A stretch of 64,000 nt of DNA. It comes from a virus. Lineage: Duplodnaviria > Caudoviricetes. Both the position numbers and the translations under genes were made by a program. Positions within the stretch are counted from its first letter, which is position 1, and the number at the start of each line of letters is the position of its first letter. Under the pieces are notes generated by a model. The model searched no databases, was not told where the DNA came from, and worked only from the letters and a program-made list of their open reading frames with translations. The DNA lies in IMG/VR virus record IMGVR_UViG_3300029305_003259, positions 32,001 through 96,000 of that record, one strand, 5' to 3'. Below, piece by piece: positions 61,220 to 64,000 of this stretch.

Positions 61220-61463
61220 ACTTCGGTACTTCTACCTCATGGTCAATTGCAATCTGACAGAACTTTCGTACTTCCTTGATAATGCGCTTCATATCATTCA
61301 TCGTTCTCTTACCAGGCTTATTCATGTCCTGGTCGATCATTCTTGCAATCATAAGAGCCATAGATCTGCCGCCAAGTAGCATAGATTGAGTGCGAAGCTT
61401 TTCCATAACTTCTTGAACGTCGTTCTTTAGCTCTTCGACATTTACATTGTTCTCTTCATTCAT
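61188..61463 (-). CDS. Hypothetical protein
   Basis: 91 aa, SD GGGGG, consensus promoter upstream. Confidence 0.7.
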   Translation of the reverse strand: MNEENNVNVEELKNDVQEVMEKLRTQSMLLGGRSMALMIARMIDQDMNKPGKRTMNDMKRIIKEVRKFCQIAIDHEVEVPKFGEDSDGEEA

Positions 61464-61494
61464 ATATATTACCCCCTTTTAATTTTGTGTTGTA

Positions 61495-61523
61495 ATTATA
61501 CCACAAAATTCCTGATTTGTCAA
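61495..61523 (-). promoter_or_regulatory. sigmaA/70 promoter for the nucleotide-metabolism operon
   Basis: TTGACA-N17-TATAAT exact consensus with extended -10 TG. Confidence 0.85.
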
Positions 61524-61527
61524 TAGG

Positions 61528-61674
61528 TTAAATGTCTTTGATGATTTTGCTTAATTCATCTATAATGTTTAAATAGCTACCTCTGGATACAGCCCACTTC
61601 CCGTCTACATATAAATCATAAACATTGTCGCCACGAAGCTTAATTGTAAAATTGTGGATAGTACTATTATTCAT
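61528..61674 (-). CDS. 48-aa hypothetical protein (not in ORF track)
   Basis: MNNSTIHNFTIKLRGDNVYDLYVDGKWAVSRGSYLNIIDELSKIIKDI; SD AGGAG; own promoter upstream. Confidence 0.65.
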   Translation of the reverse strand: MNNSTIHNFTIKLRGDNVYDLYVDGKWAVSRGSYLNIIDELSKIIKDI

Positions 61675-61707
61675 ATAACCCATCTCCTAAATTAATTTTG
61701 TATTGTT

Positions 61708-61736
61708 AATATAACACTGATTTAATTATTTGTCAA
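61708..61736 (-). promoter_or_regulatory. sigmaA/70 promoter
   Basis: TTGACA-N17-TATATT with extended -10 TG. Confidence 0.75.
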
Positions 61737-61743
61737 TATATTT

Positions 61744-61775
61744 TTAGGCACGAATTTCTCCGTGCCTAATTTTTT
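61744..61775. terminator. Terminator-like hairpin
   Basis: TTAGGCACG...CGTGCCTAA; the T-run lies on the + side although flanking genes are on -. Confidence 0.5.
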
Positions 61776-62730
61776 AATTCATTAACATTTTTCTTGTAGC
61801 TGGGCCACAGGAACCGTCTGCTTCTAGTCCAACGCTTGATTGATATGCCTTAAGCTGTTTTAGGGTAGTAGGCCCAAAACTTCCGTCAATTTCACAAGGG
61901 AATCCGTGTGCGGTAAGTTCCCACTGTAACCACTTATTATATTCCTTATGTAGATTCTTGTACTTTAATGCAACAGTTGGAACTTTATATGGATTCTTTG
62001 TAGTCTCCTTCTCAGTGTCTCCAAATAAAATAATAGTATTTACTCGTCTATTCTCCAGAGTAGACTTTGTAACCCCATCTGCATTAAAATAGAACGATCC
62101 TCCGCCGTCCAGCTTTATGACATCGTAAAATCCAAGCTTCTTAAACTTCTTAAATGCCTCTGCAGAGAGAATCATATTTGAACTAGATGTCTTCATTGCC
62201 ATGCAATATACAGTGTCCGCATTCTTTTCTTTGATTCCAACAAAGATATGCCAAGTACCATATAGGGAGCCACCTCCCCATCCTTGGCCCTTAACATAAG
62301 TTGCAAACTTTACATCATTGCCATCACGCATAATTGGTACACCAGCAATAGCATAATCTACTCCCTTTGGGGCACTAAACAAATCATTCATGCTTGCGAT
62401 ACCCTTATGTACGATAAGAGTTGTTTGAGAATTTCCGTAAAATGGATTCATGTAGTTGAAAGAGCCAGAATCAAAGCGGAATTTATCCCCCTTTAATTCA
62501 CCTCTCTCTTTACAATAAAACTCTGTCCATTTACTCTTTGCGTCATAATCGCATACTAGATGCCCAACAGGAAGAGTAAACTTATCCTTGCCCTCATTGA
62601 AATTTCCAAAAAATCCAGCATTGCAAGAATTCTTAGGAGAGTTTTTCTTTCTATCATCCACCATTACAATTTTAAAGTCTTTTGCTGGCACTTCTGCTAT
62701 ATGAATATTATTAGATACACTATATTTCAT
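61774..62730 (-). CDS. Phosphodiester glycosidase (NAGPA/DUF2233-like) + peptidoglycan-binding domain
   Basis: NAGFF and LDGGGS motifs; C-terminal WLQ..L......IDG.FG..T...LK.YQ...GL..DG.CGPAT. Confidence 0.8.
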   Translation of the reverse strand: MKYSVSNNIHIAEVPAKDFKIVMVDDRKKNSPKNSCNAGFFGNFNEGKDKFTLPVGHLVCDYDAKSKWTEFYCKERGELKGDKFRFDSGSFNYMNPFYGNSQTTLIVHKGIASMNDLFSAPKGVDYAIAGVPIMRDGNDVKFATYVKGQGWGGGSLYGTWHIFVGIKEKNADTVYCMAMKTSSSNMILSAEAFKKFKKLGFYDVIKLDGGGSFYFNADGVTKSTLENRRVNTIILFGDTEKETTKNPYKVPTVALKYKNLHKEYNKWLQWELTAHGFPCEIDGSFGPTTLKQLKAYQSSVGLEADGSCGPATRKMLMN

Positions 62731-62733
62731 AAA

Positions 62734-64000
62734 TCAACCTCCACACATTTTTAAAAATTCATCTTCTGTTATAATAGGAACATTTAGAGATACAGCCTTT
62801 TGGTATTTGCTACTACCAGAAGCTTCGTTGGTGATTAAATAATCAGTATTCTTAGAAACAGATCCTGCCGTCTTGGCTCCAAGCGAAGTAATCTTTTCAT
62901 TAATTGAATCTCTTGTGAAATGGTTGAGCTTGCCAGTTACAACAATGGTCTTACCAGTGAATGGGCTTTGTTTTATATTATCCGTGATATCGGGAAGAAT
63001 AAAAAATAATTGCTCAGATGTTTTTAGCATAAGATCATTATTGCTTTCAAACCAACTGTATAGAGATTTATTCATAATTTCACCGAAATCGCTTAATGTA
63101 GTAAAATCAAATTGGCGTGTAAGTGCATTCCAAAAATCAAGAAAACTACCATTAAAGTGCTTAGAAATGGTTTTTGACGCAGACAGCCCAATATTAGGAA
63201 TACCCAATGCGCAAATAAAATTCTCAAGCCTTACATTCCTTGAATCTTCGATAGATTTTAGCATATTTAGAATGGATTTTTCACCAAAGCCTTCTAGCTG
63301 TACAAGTTCATTCTTATGATCCTTGAGGTGATAAATATCCACATAGTTATGGATAAAATTATTGGAAATTAGGGTTTCTAGCGTTGCTTCTGACATACCT
63401 TGAATGTTCATAGCTTTGCGGCTTACAAAATGATTAAATTTGCCAAGTATTTTACCAGAACAATTATTATTCATACACATCAAAACAGTAGAATCATTTT
63501 CTTTGATAAGATTTGCAATACCGCCGCATACAGGACATTTCGATGGAATAGCAATGTAATCTGAATCTTTGCCAAGTGATTCTCTCTCATCGGCAGAAAT
63601 ATTTCGTTTTACTTGTGGAATGATTTGATTGGCTTTTACAATTTCAATTGTATCTCCAATATGTAAATCTAATTTTGTTAGAATAGAAACATTATGAACT
63701 GATGCTCTCTCAACAGTTGTCCCATCGATCTCAACAGGCTCAAACACCGCAGTAGGAGTTAGTACACCAGTCTTGCCCATTGTCCAGTCAATGTCGATTA
63801 GTTTTGTCTCATGTGCCTCATCATAGAACTTAAAAGCAAGTTGAGAACGCAAATGATGGCCAGTAGCTCCTAGCGATTCACCATAAGCTACATCGTCATA
63901 ACCAAATACGCATCCATCAATTGGATAACCTGCATTTTTGCAAACTACCTTAATCTGCTCAATAAGATTATTAATATTTTCTTTTGATGTATTATGATGC
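62734..64000 (-). CDS. ligA: NAD-dependent DNA ligase, C-terminal part (starts beyond window)
   Basis: Frame open to the window edge (YPIDG); AFKF, G.TG.LTP, RAS.HN, KAN.IIP, Zn finger CPVC..C..C, HhH repeats, BRCT. Confidence 0.95.
   Translation of the reverse strand, partial: HHNTSKENINNLIEQIKVVCKNAGYPIDGCVFGYDDVAYGESLGATGHHLRSQLAFKFYDEAHETKLIDIDWTMGKTGVLTPTAVFEPVEIDGTTVERASVHNVSILTKLDLHIGDTIEIVKANQIIPQVKRNISADERESLGKDSDYIAIPSKCPVCGGIANLIKENDSTVLMCMNNNCSGKILGKFNHFVSRKAMNIQGMSEATLETLISNNFIHNYVDIYHLKDHKNELVQLEGFGEKSILNMLKSIEDSRNVRLENFICALGIPNIGLSASKTISKHFNGSFLDFWNALTRQFDFTTLSDFGEIMNKSLYSWFESNNDLMLKTSEQLFFILPDITDNIKQSPFTGKTIVVTGKLNHFTRDSINEKITSLGAKTAGSVSKNTDYLITNEASGSSKYQKAVSLNVPIITEDEFLKMCGG

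Larger units (their letters stand above)
1..64000. mobile_element. Segment of a large tailed bacteriophage genome (siphovirus-like, probably temperate; anaerobic Bacillota host)
   Basis: Continuous head-neck-tail-lysis-TMP-baseplate gene order on +, then recombinase and nucleotide-metabolism genes on -; no host housekeeping context; AGGAGG SD sites and TTGACA-N17-TATAAT promoters. Confidence 0.95.

Noticed and set aside
945-63319. Many short ORF-track entries nested in or antisense to long genes
   Set aside because: They overlap well-supported genes and lack SD sites and recognisable motifs; treated as shadow ORFs
1-64000. CRISPR array, tRNA/rRNA genes, stop-codon recoding
   Set aside because: No regularly spaced repeats or cloverleaf-like sequences seen in the short intergenic gaps; genes are full-length under the standard code and TAG is used as a stop

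Overview
The whole window is bacteriophage DNA. It looks like part of a large siphovirus-like phage of an anaerobic Bacillota (Clostridia-like) host, based on strong AGGAGG ribosome-binding sites, consensus sigmaA promoters and class III RNR. Bases 1-51.3 kb are a + strand late/structural arm: capsid 3' end, a free-standing GIY-YIG endonuclease, neck genes, major tail protein, a large tail-fibre/receptor-binding cluster, two lysis modules, a RuvC-like resolvase, a 4211-aa tape measure protein (TMP), Dit/Tal and baseplate genes. A lifestyle/maintenance block at 51.3-55.3 kb holds an unannotated Arc-type repressor, a wHTH + tubulin (TubRZ-like) pair, a large serine recombinase and an unannotated 57-aa ORF. 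A - strand nucleotide-metabolism arm follows (dut, thyX, nrdG, nrdD, nucleotidase, guanylate-kinase-like gene, NAD-dependent ligase). The best candidate for an undescribed system is a radical-SAM/SPASM 'CXXX-repeat' maturase cassette (19.5-22.6 kb) inside the tail-fibre module. Its putative target is a ~200-aa protein ending in 24 regularly spaced cysteines rather than a short secreted peptide, and no exporter is present, suggesting radical-SAM modification of a virion protein. Also notable: the TMP carries an intact JAB/JAMM motif and an ADP-ribosyltransferase-like domain, abundant virion genes show extreme CTA-Leu bias, and an ACAAYACAAAATTAA motif recurs ahead of ribosome-binding sites. All family assignments come from reading motifs by eye; no database search was run.
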